NCBI GenBank assembly: GCA_005800965.1
Contig: SYEA01000048.1
Span: 1 to 48,950 of the forward strand
Length of the DNA: 48,950 bases
Origin: Actinomycetota bacterium
Lineage (GTDB): Bacteria > Actinomycetota > Acidimicrobiia > Acidimicrobiales > Ilumatobacteraceae
Reading direction: 5' to 3'
The notes under the pieces were generated by a model, which saw only the letters and a program-made list of their open reading frames with translations, searched no databases and was not told the origin of the DNA. Position 1 is the first letter of the stretch; every line of letters starts with the position of its first letter. Shown here piece after piece: positions 34,967-44,455 of the stretch. The translations under genes and the position numbers were made by a program.

Positions 34967-35527
34967 GTGCGTAACCATGCCATGACCACATCAACACCCA
35001 CCACCTCAGTAAGTAGCGATCTGCTCCCCACCGTGCGTAACCTCGACGAAGCGCGCAACATCTGTCACGAGTTCTCCAGCGTGCTCACCGTCGGGCCACG
35101 GCGTGGCGAAGTCTCCGACTTTGCGCACCCCGACCACGAGATCGTCACGTTCGACGACATCACTTCATCGTTCGGCGGATACCAGGCTCCGACCTTTGAG
35201 CAGGTGAAACACATCGTCGAGTGGGGTGCAGGGCGCAGCAATCTGCTCGTGCACTGTCATGCCGGAATGTCTCGATCGACTTCATCCGCCTGGGGCATCG
35301 CAATCGCCAACGGGTTCGACCCACAAAACGCCTACGACTTGTTGTACCAAAATCACCCGGTTGAGCAGTATCGCAACGTGCGGATTGCGGTCGACCACAA
35401 GGCGGTTACAACAAAACGTGCATTCATCCCTAATGAGCTCGTGCTTAAACATCTCGAGAAACTCTTCGGATTTCGAAGCAGCAGTTTGCGCAGAATCGCA
35501 GCAGCCGGCGACAATTACCTCGGCTGA
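34967..35527 (+). CDS. Cys-based protein-tyrosine/dual-specificity phosphatase-like protein (COG5350-like)
   Basis: CX5R(S) active-site loop VHCHAGMSRS and an upstream FDDI block. About 180 aa. Alternative ATG at 34982. Confidence 0.7.
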   Translation: MRNHAMTTSTPTTSVSSDLLPTVRNLDEARNICHEFSSVLTVGPRRGEVSDFAHPDHEIVTFDDITSSFGGYQAPTFEQVKHIVEWGAGRSNLLVHCHAGMSRSTSSAWGIAIANGFDPQNAYDLLYQNHPVEQYRNVRIAVDHKAVTTKRAFIPNELVLKHLEKLFGFRSSSLRRIAAAGDNYLG

Positions 35528-35530
35528 GTT

Positions 35531-36868
35531 CTAGCCGCCGACGCGAATCGACACCATTTGGCTGGGCACTTCGCCCACGCGCGCGACGCCTTCGTCGGAG
35601 ATTTCCAAAATATCGCCATCGCGGCTGAGTAACACCTTGTGCTCAGGTACTCCCATCGCCATCGCATTGCGGGCATTGGCATGCAACATTCGATACTCGC
35701 CATGAATAGGTAGCAGGTATTCGGGCTCGGTCAAACTGATGTAAGTGCGCAATTCGCCTTCTTGGGCGTGTCCTGTGGCGTGCACGTCGGCAATCCCGTT
35801 GTGCACGATCTTGACACCTTGTCGAAGCAAACCCTCCACCACCTCGTTCACGCTCGACTCGTTACCAGGAATCGTGTCTGACGAATAGATGATCGTGTCC
35901 TCGGGCCCCACATTGAACCATCGGTCACTGCCCCGCGCCAATTGCGCCAGCACCGACTGCGACTCGCCTTGTGATCCGGTGGCGATGATGCAGATCTCAT
36001 CCGGCCGGCAATCTTCAATTGCTTCTTGTTCGCCTAGATCTTGTTCGCTGATGCTCAGCAAACCCATGTTGCGGGCCAGACGAATGTTGTTCATCATGGT
36101 TCGACCAAGTGGCACCACCAAACGACCCTCACCCACAGCGGCATCTGCGATCTGCTGAATGCGGTGAATGTGGCTCGCAAACGCTGTGACGGTGATGCGT
36201 TGTCGCCGATGCTCGACAAACATCGATCGCAACGTTTTACCGATGTGGCTTTCTGATTGCGAATAGCCCGGCTCTTCGGCGTTGGTCGAGTCGAGCATCA
36301 ACAATCGAATGCCCTCGTTGGAAGCCAGCGACCCGAGCCGTGCCAAGTCGGTGCGTCGTTCATCCACCGGGCTGAGATCAATTTTAAAATCACCCGAGTG
36401 CAGCACCACACCCTGCGGGGTATGCAGCGCCACTGCAAAGGTTTGGGGCATCGAATGCGTTACGGGAATGAACTCCACATCAAACGGCCCGATTCGCCGG
36501 CGCTCACCATCACCAACTTTGACCAACGTTGCCCGCTGGCCAACATTGGCATTGGTGACCTTGTTCTTCAGCAGTGCCAGGGTGAACTCTGAGCCATAAA
36601 TGGTGAGCGACATCTCGCGCAACAGATAAGGAATCGCACCAAGGTGGTCTTCGTGACCATGCGTGAGCACGATGCCCTCGAGCCGCTCGCGGTTTTGGCG
36701 CAGCCACGTGAAGTCGGGCAGATACACCTTCGTGATTTCGCCGCCACCGCCTGGAAACATCTGCCCGCAGTCGATGAGCAAGATGCGCTCATCGTGTTCG
36801 ATCGCCATGCAGTTGCGACCCACACCACCGAGGCCACCGAGAATTACGACACGAACGGCTTTGGCCAC
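35531..36868 (-). CDS. rnj: ribonuclease J (metallo-beta-lactamase/beta-CASP), lacking the usual C-terminal domain
   Basis: HxHxDH motif LTHGHEDHLGAIPYLL, beta-CASP region, and HATGHAQEGELR... / LLPIHGEYRMLHANA blocks. GTG start. The ORF ends at ...PSQMVSIRVGG, where the linker to the C-terminal domain normally begins. Confidence 0.88.
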   Translation of the reverse strand: MAKAVRVVILGGLGGVGRNCMAIEHDERILLIDCGQMFPGGGGEITKVYLPDFTWLRQNRERLEGIVLTHGHEDHLGAIPYLLREMSLTIYGSEFTLALLKNKVTNANVGQRATLVKVGDGERRRIGPFDVEFIPVTHSMPQTFAVALHTPQGVVLHSGDFKIDLSPVDERRTDLARLGSLASNEGIRLLMLDSTNAEEPGYSQSESHIGKTLRSMFVEHRRQRITVTAFASHIHRIQQIADAAVGEGRLVVPLGRTMMNNIRLARNMGLLSISEQDLGEQEAIEDCRPDEICIIATGSQGESQSVLAQLARGSDRWFNVGPEDTIIYSSDTIPGNESSVNEVVEGLLRQGVKIVHNGIADVHATGHAQEGELRTYISLTEPEYLLPIHGEYRMLHANARNAMAMGVPEHKVLLSRDGDILEISDEGVARVGEVPSQMVSIRVGG

Positions 36869-36919
36869 CGCCTGACTGTACTGTCAGCCGCCAATCAACA
36901 GCGTGCTGAGGATCGTGCT

Positions 36920-37771
36920 CTAGCTCGCTCGCTCACTAACGACTGGCCCGTTCACATCGATACGTAGGTGATGGCCGACTCCACCACTCGGCAGTGCACT
37001 CAGCACCTCCGACACCCGTAGCGGGTCAACCATGCAAGCCATCGTCGGGCCCGAACCCGACAACCATGATGCATACGCCCCCGCCTCGACAGCAGCGCGC
37101 ATCGCCCGTTTGGTCTCGGGAACAATCGCCAACCGCACGTTCTGGTGCAAACGATCTTGGGCTGCTTCGGCAAGCGCCCCAAAATCACCGGTGGCCATCG
37201 CTGCTACGAACAACGACGATCGCGAAATGTTGAACACTGCGTCGTCGAGGCTCACGGTGGGCGCCAGTTTCGTGCGCGACTCTTTGGTCGACGTCGTAGT
37301 ACCAGGCACCCACACCACCACATCGGCTTGCATCGCAATTGGCACACGAATCGCTCGGCCACCGACCGCCACGGTCAACCCACCGAGCGCTGAAGCTGCG
37401 GCATTGTCGGGATGGCCTTCGAGTTCTGTCGCCACACGAAATGCGTCAAGTCGCGCTTCAAGCGAGTTTGCCGCCACCACGCCGTCGCGTTGGGCAATGG
37501 CCAACAACGCACCGGCCACTCGGGCGGCACCACTAAACCCAAGGCCGCGTCCCATCGGAATGCGATCCAGCGACCACAACCCGCCGCTGCCGCCCGCTTG
37601 GGCAAAAGCAACACTCGTTGGATGATGGTGGTCGCACACTCGCGCGTTACTCGGTGATTGCGCGGTAGCCAGACCTGCTTCGAAATACATCGTGAGGGCT
37701 AAGCCCAACGTGTCGAAACCGGCGCCAAGATTCGCCGTGCTCGCCGGCACTGTCACGCGAATCATATTCAC
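36920..37771 (-). CDS. thrB: homoserine kinase
   Basis: GHMP-kinase motifs VPASTANLGAGFD and PMGRGLGFSGAA, plus LSGSGPTMACMV. Confidence 0.88.
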   Translation of the reverse strand: MNMIRVTVPASTANLGAGFDTLGLALTMYFEAGLATAQSPSNARVCDHHHPTSVAFAQAGGSGGLWSLDRIPMGRGLGFSGAARVAGALLAIAQRDGVVAANSLEARLDAFRVATELEGHPDNAAASALGGLTVAVGGRAIRVPIAMQADVVVWVPGTTTSTKESRTKLAPTVSLDDAVFNISRSSLFVAAMATGDFGALAEAAQDRLHQNVRLAIVPETKRAMRAAVEAGAYASWLSGSGPTMACMVDPLRVSEVLSALPSGGVGHHLRIDVNGPVVSERAS

Positions 37772-37802
37772 AGCGTAGTTTCAGTGAACTTTCACTACGG
37801 CT

Positions 37803-38822
37803 TCAGCGTGCCGACGACACAGTGACAGCGATGTAGGCATCCAAAGTGGCACGAGCCGTGCCGCCGTCAATCGCGGCGTTGGCGAGAATCACACCCGCCG
37901 CTAGATCGCGTGCTGCGCCCGCCACCACAAGAGCCGCAGCGGCATTGAACACCACCACATCTCGCACCGCACCGCGAATCTCGCCGTTCAGCAACCCCCG
38001 CACGATGCCCGCATTGTGGGCCGGGTCGCCGCCTCGCAGGTCGTCATTGCCGGCACGCGCAAGGCTGATCGTTTGGGCATCAACCACGGTCTCGGGTTGC
38101 ACGAGTCCGCCAACGGTGGCAATCACCCGGTTGGGGCCGGCCAGCGACAACTCATCAAGCCCACCGTGGCCGTGCACCACCCACGAACCTGTTGTTCGGG
38201 TCGCGAGTGCGTGGGCCATGGTGGTCATGCGCTGCACGTCGGCCACCCCCACCAACATGTGAGCCACCGGCGCCGGGTTGGCCATCGGCCCCAGCAAGTT
38301 GAAAATCGTCGGCACGCCGAGTTCGCGACGAATTGGCCCAACATGGCGAAACGCCTGATGAAACGCCGGCGCAAACACGAAGCCGAAACCCGTCTTTGTG
38401 ACGGCATGCGACACTTGATCGGCCGTCTGCTCGATGCGCGCACCGAGGGCTTCGAGCACATCGGCGGTGCCGCACTTGCTGGACGCCGACCGGTTGCCGT
38501 GCTTACACACCGGCACACCGGCACCTGCGACGACCAACGCCGCCATGGTCGACACATTGACCGACCCACTTTGGTCGCCACCCGTGCCCACGATGTCGAC
38601 TGCCCTACCTGCAGTTTCAGCCGGAAGATCAATTGGTGTGGCGGCTTCTCGTACGGCCTGCAGAAAGCCAGTTAGTTCATCGGATGTGGCGGATCGGTCG
38701 TTGTACGCCACGAGCAGATGGCGAATCTCGTCGGGTGACAATTCACCACGCAAGACACGCTGCATGCGGGCATAAGCCTCGGCCTTGGCCAGCGGCAGGT
38801 TGCTGTTTTTGTCGTTTGCCAC
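37803..38822 (-). CDS. trpD: anthranilate phosphoribosyltransferase
   Basis: DIVGTGGDQSGSVNVST, CKHGNRSASSKCGTADVLEALG and FNLLGPMANPA blocks. Confidence 0.93.
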   Translation of the reverse strand: MANDKNSNLPLAKAEAYARMQRVLRGELSPDEIRHLLVAYNDRSATSDELTGFLQAVREAATPIDLPAETAGRAVDIVGTGGDQSGSVNVSTMAALVVAGAGVPVCKHGNRSASSKCGTADVLEALGARIEQTADQVSHAVTKTGFGFVFAPAFHQAFRHVGPIRRELGVPTIFNLLGPMANPAPVAHMLVGVADVQRMTTMAHALATRTTGSWVVHGHGGLDELSLAGPNRVIATVGGLVQPETVVDAQTISLARAGNDDLRGGDPAHNAGIVRGLLNGEIRGAVRDVVVFNAAAALVVAGAARDLAAGVILANAAIDGGTARATLDAYIAVTVSSAR

Positions 38823-38883
38823 CGCCAGAACACTACGGTCAGGGCAGATTCAGGTTTTCTTCGCCGAATACCCGACAGACTGC

Positions 38884-40527
38884 ATGGCTGTGTCAGCCAT
38901 CGTCGTAAGCGAACTGGAATACGGGCCGCCTGGTGCCGACCAGTTGTTTTTTGACGTGAGCTTTCGCGTCGCGGCCGGCGAACATGCCGCAATCGTGGGG
39001 GCCAACGGGGTGGGCAAAAGCACGATCTTGCGCATTCTCACCGGCCAAGCAGTCGCTGATGCAGGGGAATTTTCCATCGGTGGATCCATGCTGTGCATGA
39101 CCCAAGACGTCGGCATGTCACGACCCACCGACACGCTGCGCGAAATGCTCATCGAGCTGGCCCCGCCAGCGCTACGCGACGCGGGCCGCGAACTCGTGCG
39201 TGCCGAGCAGGCCATGAATGCTGGCGACGACGACGGCATGGCTTATGCCAACGCGCTCGCCCACTGGGGTGACCTCGGCGGATACGAACTCGAATCCCAA
39301 TGGCAAGCAGCCGCCCAACGCAGCATCAAAAGCGAAGTCGACGACGTGTTCACGCGCCTTGTTTCTGAACTCTCTGGCGGCGAGCGCAAGCGACTCGTGC
39401 TCGACCTGTTGCTCAACTCAGGTGCCGATGTCTTGTTGCTGGATGAGCCCGATAACTATTTGGATATTCCGACGCGCCAGTGGCTCGAAGAACAACTTCG
39501 TCTGTGCAAATCCACGATTCTCATGGTCAGCCACGACCGCACGCTGTTGGAACGTTGCTCAAACAAGATCATCGCCGTCGAGGGTTCCGGCTGCTGGGTG
39601 CACGGTGGGTCATTTGCCACGTTTCCCGAAGCACGGGCGAAACGCCAGGAGTTGTTGGGTGACGACTTAAAACGATGGAACGAAGAAGAGCGACGCCTGT
39701 TTCACCACATGAAGATCATGAAGCAACGGGCTGCGCAAAATTTCAAGAATGCCACCAAAGCCAACGGCGCCGAAACGCGGTGGGAGAAGTTCGTGGCCGC
39801 TGGCCCACCCCCACCGCCGGTGCCCGACCAGCAGATTTATGTCCGCTTGCGGGGTGCAGATGCGGCACGCCGTGTGGCCCAACTCAACGGCGTGTCGATG
39901 CACAACTTGTTTCATCCGTTCAGTGACGAGATCTATCACGGTGAGCGCGTTGCGCTGATCGGCCCGAACGGCACCGGCAAGACCCATCTATTGAAAGTGC
40001 TGTCACAGGAGATGGCGCCGACCACCGGCGAAGTGCGCTTTGGCCCGCGCACCTCTGTTGGCGTCTTCACCCAAATCAACAATCGACCAGACTTTTTGGG
40101 GCGTGAATGCATCAGCATCGTGCACGACCGAATTTCAGACACCGAACGAGCGATGAAGACCCTGGCTCGCTATGGCCTGCGCAATCAGGCACGCCAGAAG
40201 TTTGAAACACTCTCAGGCGGTCAAAAAGCACGCCTCGAAATTTTGCGTTTGGAAATTGAGGGCCACAACGTGCTGCTCTTGGATGAACCCACCGACAACT
40301 TGGATATCGAATCGTCTGAGGCACTGGAAAAAGCACTTGACGGCTTTGAGGGCACCGTGGTGGCGGTGAGCCACGACCGCACGTTTCTTGCACAATTTGA
40401 TCGGTTCATCATGATCACCGATGCAGGCGAGGTGTACGCACTACCCGACTTCGATGTTGCTCTGCGCGGGTTGCAGCAGCCGCAACAACTGGCGTCGGTC
40501 AAGCTCGCCAAGCGGCTGCACGAATAA
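38884..40527 (+). CDS. ABC-F family ATPase (two NBDs, no TM domain)
   Basis: Walker A in both halves (GANGVGKST; GPNGTGKTH), signature in both halves (LSGGERKR; LSGGQKAR), and an inter-domain linker. ATG 38884. Confidence 0.9.
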   Translation: MAVSAIVVSELEYGPPGADQLFFDVSFRVAAGEHAAIVGANGVGKSTILRILTGQAVADAGEFSIGGSMLCMTQDVGMSRPTDTLREMLIELAPPALRDAGRELVRAEQAMNAGDDDGMAYANALAHWGDLGGYELESQWQAAAQRSIKSEVDDVFTRLVSELSGGERKRLVLDLLLNSGADVLLLDEPDNYLDIPTRQWLEEQLRLCKSTILMVSHDRTLLERCSNKIIAVEGSGCWVHGGSFATFPEARAKRQELLGDDLKRWNEEERRLFHHMKIMKQRAAQNFKNATKANGAETRWEKFVAAGPPPPPVPDQQIYVRLRGADAARRVAQLNGVSMHNLFHPFSDEIYHGERVALIGPNGTGKTHLLKVLSQEMAPTTGEVRFGPRTSVGVFTQINNRPDFLGRECISIVHDRISDTERAMKTLARYGLRNQARQKFETLSGGQKARLEILRLEIEGHNVLLLDEPTDNLDIESSEALEKALDGFEGTVVAVSHDRTFLAQFDRFIMITDAGEVYALPDFDVALRGLQQPQQLASVKLAKRLHE

Positions 40528-40533
40528 AACAAA

Positions 40534-40575
40534 CAACCGCCGGAAGACCCACTTTCGCGAGCCAACCGGCGGTTG
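40534..40575. terminator. candidate bidirectional terminator hairpin between convergent ABC-F and fasciclin genes
   Basis: CAACCGCCGG (40534-40543) pairs with CCGGCGGTTG (40566-40575): a 10-bp GC-rich stem with a 22-nt loop. Flanked by T-rich sequence on both strands (TTTGTTTTATT on the minus strand; GTGTATTGCGTTATT on the plus strand). Confidence 0.4.
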
Positions 40576-40599
40576 GTGTATTGCGTTATTCGGGGATGT

Positions 40600-41145
40600 T
40601 TAGAGCGTGCTCAAGTCCACGGTTGGCGGCACGATGACTGCATCAATGACGTGAATCACGCCGTTGCTTGCTGCCACGTCGACTGCTACTACGTTGGCAC
40701 CATTGACCATCACGCCCATGTCGGTGGTGATGGCGATGGTGGAACCCTCGACCGTTGCTACGTCACCAGCAGTCACGTCAGTTGACATGACCTTGCCTGG
40801 AACGACGTGGTAGGTGAGGATCGCAGTCAAGACTGCGATGTTTTCTGGCAAGAGCAACTTCTCCAGCAAGCCTTCTGGCAGCGCAGCGAATGCGGCGTCA
40901 GTTGGGGCGAACACGGTGAATGGGCCTTCGCCTTGGAGGGTTTCGACCAAGCCGGCTGCTGACAACGCGGCGACAAGTGTGGAGAAGTCCGGGTTGCCCG
41001 AGGCAACTGCGACGATGTCACCATCGGCAACTACTTCTTCGGCAACGGTGTCTTCGGCAGCGGTGTCTTCTGATGCTTCGTCGTCTGAGCCACACGCAGC
41101 GAGCGTGAGGGCTGCTGCGATAGCAACTGCAAATACTTTCTTCAT
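40600..41145 (-). CDS. fasciclin (FAS1)-domain lipoprotein
   Basis: Lipoprotein signal [18 protein letters not shown] (lipobox LAAC). FAS1 blocks [31 protein letters not shown] and [19 protein letters not shown] upstream. Confidence 0.9.
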   Translation of the reverse strand: MKKVFAVAIAAALTLAACGSDDEASEDTAAEDTVAEEVVADGDIVAVASGNPDFSTLVAALSAAGLVETLQGEGPFTVFAPTDAAFAALPEGLLEKLLLPENIAVLTAILTYHVVPGKVMSTDVTAGDVATVEGSTIAITTDMGVMVNGANVVAVDVAASNGVIHVIDAVIVPPTVDLSTL

Positions 41146-41294
41146 TGTTGTTCCTTTTCGTTAGGGGATATGTGTGGCTGAACGCCACATCACAACGGTA
41201 AGGGTGAACCATCCCCTCTGTGGTCGTTTAAGACGAGACAAGAGACACCCCACGCCCAGCAACATTCAGTAAGGATTTATGCAACGACCGCTGT

Positions 41295-42659
41295 TCAGTC
41301 AGCGGCAAATCCGTAGGCGCGGGCCAGCAACTGCAGTGGATGCAGAGGAACCACGCCGGTCTGCTCCGCGATTGCCGTGTTGGACAAATGACAGTCGCCA
41401 CAAACAACGTTGCCAGGAACACCTCCACCACGGGCACGGTTCACGAGTTTGCCCAACTGTTCGCTAGCGCGCAGCGAACTGTCGGCTTTGATCGTGCGCA
41501 AGCCCGCGAGGCTCTCTACGCCCGAGCTCTGTTCAACCAAACTCACTTTTGCACCCAGCAGCTTTAAAAGGTCGCGGCTTTGTAGCCCAATTTTCTGGGC
41601 GCGCAAGTGTGATGCAGCGTGATAGGTAATGGCGTCGGGCACCTCGCCCGTGAACTGCATGTCGAGCGATGAACCCTCGGTTCGATGCACCTTCATGAGA
41701 TACTCCGCTGCGTCATACGTGTGCTGTGCCACCAACTGCGCATCGGGGCCACCGACGTAGTCCACGTAATCGTGCTTCAGCACATAACTACAGGCTGGTT
41801 GGGGAACCACGATGTCGTTGCCCTTGCGCACTTCAGCCGCCAACGTAGCCACGGTGTCGACGGCAACTTTTGTGAACGCAGCAAGGTCGCCACTGTGCAG
41901 ATACCCGGCACCACAACAAGCGGCTTTGCTCAAGCCGCATTCAATTCCGTTGTGTTCATACACCCGCACCAACGCTTGGGCGATGGCAGGCTCTTGATAC
42001 TCCACCACACACGTGGGAAACACGGTGACACGCCCTTGCTTTTTGCCAACCCGAACTTTTGGGTGCAGGTCAAACCAACGAGAAAACCGCAGCTCGGCAA
42101 ACAGTGGCAGCACTCGGTTGCTGGCAACACCGGTGAGCACCGCGAGTAGTCGACGAACGACCGAACCGGGCTTGGCCCCAACAAGCCGATTCGCGAAACG
42201 TGCCAGCTGCACCGACAACTTGCCGACGAGATCGGCATGGCCGATGAGTGCCGACGACAACCTGTCGCGCACTGTCACCTGGCCGTTCGCATTCCGCATT
42301 GCATCGGCTCGCAACATCAGCCGGGGAATGTCGAGAACATAACTAGGAGCAGAGCCGTGAGCAGAGCCGTGAGCAAAGCCATGAGCCGTCTCTTGCTGCC
42401 CCGGGCCATACGGGCAGCCGACCACACAGAGCTTGCACTGAAAGCACTCGTCGATGACATGGTCTTGTTGGGCGGGGGTCATCTGCCCGGCGTCGCTCGT
42501 GCCGCCCTGGCTGGCATAGCGAAACATGGCCGGAAACGACGGACAAAGATCCACACACTTGCGGCAGCCATTGCACACGTCAAACGCTTGCGCCAACGCG
42601 GTTCGGGTCTGGGCCTCATCGAGATACATCGGATGATGCGGGTCGTACGTAGTGGTCAT
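41295..42659 (-). CDS. Fe-S oxidoreductase subunit with two 4Fe-4S motifs and CCG domains (GlpC/GlcF/LutA-like)
   Basis: CNGCRKCVDLCP and CFQCKLCVVGCP ferredoxin motifs. Cys-rich CCG-type regions (FPTCVVEY...; ...ACCGAGYL). ATG 42659 (MTTTYDPHHPMYLDE); the track ORF extends to 42932 across the glpD start. Confidence 0.8.
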   Translation of the reverse strand: MTTTYDPHHPMYLDEAQTRTALAQAFDVCNGCRKCVDLCPSFPAMFRYASQGGTSDAGQMTPAQQDHVIDECFQCKLCVVGCPYGPGQQETAHGFAHGSAHGSAPSYVLDIPRLMLRADAMRNANGQVTVRDRLSSALIGHADLVGKLSVQLARFANRLVGAKPGSVVRRLLAVLTGVASNRVLPLFAELRFSRWFDLHPKVRVGKKQGRVTVFPTCVVEYQEPAIAQALVRVYEHNGIECGLSKAACCGAGYLHSGDLAAFTKVAVDTVATLAAEVRKGNDIVVPQPACSYVLKHDYVDYVGGPDAQLVAQHTYDAAEYLMKVHRTEGSSLDMQFTGEVPDAITYHAASHLRAQKIGLQSRDLLKLLGAKVSLVEQSSGVESLAGLRTIKADSSLRASEQLGKLVNRARGGGVPGNVVCGDCHLSNTAIAEQTGVVPLHPLQLLARAYGFAAD

Positions 42660-42768
42660 GGGCTGCGGTAGGACCGCAACGTCACACGGTAGTCGGGCAA
42701 CATCGCAGCCCAACGACACGATGCCTGGGTCTCGCGAGTGCAATTCTTGGCTTCTAGGCTGACGCACG

Positions 42769-44442
42769 ATGAACGCTGGCTTATCAAACGACACAGCGCC
42801 GATCTCGCCAGCCATATCCACGCGGCACGCCAGCATCAAGCGACTTGGCCAAGAACATTTTGATGTGCTCGTGGTGGGAGGCGGAATCACCGGTGCAGGA
42901 GTCGCACTCGATGCTGCGGCTCGCGGGCTCAAGGTCGCACTCGTTGATCAAGCCGACTTTGCTGCGGGCACATCGTCGAAGAGCAGCAAGCTGATCCACG
43001 GTGGGCTGCGTTACCTGCAGCAAGGTGACATCGCGTTGGTATACGAAGCACTGCATGAACGTCAGCGGCTACTGCGCAACGCTCCCCACCTGGTGCGCAT
43101 GTTGCCGTTCATGATTCCGGTGTTGACCAGGGACGGTGTGGTGTCGCGCAAAATTGCCCGTGCCCTCGGCTCGGCGTTGTGGATGTACGACCTCACCGGT
43201 GGCTGGCGTGTCGGAAAATTTCATCGCCGGCTGCGCGCCAAGACCGCACTCACCCATATGCCGACAATGAACAGCGACCGACTGGCGGCTGCGTATTTGT
43301 ATTTTGACGCCGAAGCCGACGATGCACGACTCACCTTGGCAATCGTGCAGTCAGCAGTGGCGCGTGGTGCAGTGGCACTCAACTATTGCGGTGTGAGCAG
43401 CCTGCACAAAAATTCAGCGGGCGTGCTGACGGGTGCCTCGGTGCGCACCCATGAAGGCGACATCTTTGATGTTTCGGCGCGTGTCGTGGTGAATGCCACC
43501 GGCGTATGGGGTGACGCCCTTCGGCGAATGGACATTGGTGGCGACTCGATGACCATTCGTCCGGCCAAGGGCATCCACATCACCGTTCCTTGGGAGCTGG
43601 TGCAAAACGACATTGCGGTTGTCATCCCCGTACCAGGCGACAAGCGATCGCTGTTCGTGGTGCCACAGATGCCCAACGCTGATAGCACTTTCCGATTCAC
43701 CTACGTCGGCACGACCGACACCGACTATCGCGGTGCCGTTGATGACCCACAGTGCACCCAGGCAGACATCGACTACTGCCTGCGTGCACTCAACAAAGCA
43801 CTCGACGGTGGAACCAGCCGCACCATCACCCGCGATGATGTTGTTGGCACATGGGCCGGCTTGCGACCACTCGTCGTAGCCAGCGACGGCCAAGACGTGA
43901 AGGGTCGCACAGCCGACTTATCCCGACGACACAAAGTAATCACCAGTGATTCAGGCATGGTCACCATTACCGGTGGCAAGTTGACGACCTATCGCAAGAT
44001 GGCAGAACACACGGTGGATGCCGTGCTTGCATCGCTGAAGATGTCAGCCAAGCGTTGTGCCACTAAACGACTCACTCTGCACGGCGCAACATCACGCAAC
44101 CGGCACGACCACCTTGTTTCGCGGTTCGGCACGCAAGCACCGGCGATTCGCGAGTTGATCGAAGCCGATGCATCGCTCGGCGCACCCCTTATCGTCGGCC
44201 TTCCCTATTTGCGTGCCGAGGCGGTCTACTGTGCTCGAAACGAAATGGTGGTCACGCTGGAAGACGTGTTGTCGCGACGCGTGCGTGGCTTGTTATACGA
44301 CCGACACGCAACGGCCGCCGCCGCTCGTGACGTTGCGCAATTGATTGCCCCCGACCTGGGGTGGGATGAGACTCGCATTGACGACGAAGTGAAACGGTTT
44401 GCCGATGTCTGTGCCCGCGAGAACGAAGCCGCCGTTTCGTGA
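42769..44442 (+). CDS. glpD: FAD-dependent glycerol-3-phosphate dehydrogenase
   Basis: FDVLVVGGGITGAGVALDAAARGLKVALVDQADFAAGTSSKSSKLIHGGLRYL dinucleotide-binding/GlpD block. 557 aa. Confidence 0.92.
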   Translation: MNAGLSNDTAPISPAISTRHASIKRLGQEHFDVLVVGGGITGAGVALDAAARGLKVALVDQADFAAGTSSKSSKLIHGGLRYLQQGDIALVYEALHERQRLLRNAPHLVRMLPFMIPVLTRDGVVSRKIARALGSALWMYDLTGGWRVGKFHRRLRAKTALTHMPTMNSDRLAAAYLYFDAEADDARLTLAIVQSAVARGAVALNYCGVSSLHKNSAGVLTGASVRTHEGDIFDVSARVVVNATGVWGDALRRMDIGGDSMTIRPAKGIHITVPWELVQNDIAVVIPVPGDKRSLFVVPQMPNADSTFRFTYVGTTDTDYRGAVDDPQCTQADIDYCLRALNKALDGGTSRTITRDDVVGTWAGLRPLVVASDGQDVKGRTADLSRRHKVITSDSGMVTITGGKLTTYRKMAEHTVDAVLASLKMSAKRCATKRLTLHGATSRNRHDHLVSRFGTQAPAIRELIEADASLGAPLIVGLPYLRAEAVYCARNEMVVTLEDVLSRRVRGLLYDRHATAAAARDVAQLIAPDLGWDETRIDDEVKRFADVCARENEAAVS

Positions 44443-44455
44443 TCAAGCAGCACCG

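Noticed and set aside
34626-34997. 123-aa minus-strand ORF spanning the Cys-rich / zinc-ribbon spacer.
   Set aside because: The translation is unlike a protein (Trp/His/Cys-rich, no motifs). It overlaps three better-supported genes or spacers, including the start of the phosphatase gene.
41163-41217. Nested hairpin between the GlpC-like stop and the fasciclin start (AGGGGAT...ATCCCCT with an inner TGTGGC/GCCACA stem), considered as a terminator or riboswitch.
   Set aside because: No U-tract follows on the transcribed (minus) strand, the stems are short (7 and 6 bp), and no known riboswitch motif is recognisable. It may simply be 5'-UTR structure, and there is not enough support to call a feature.
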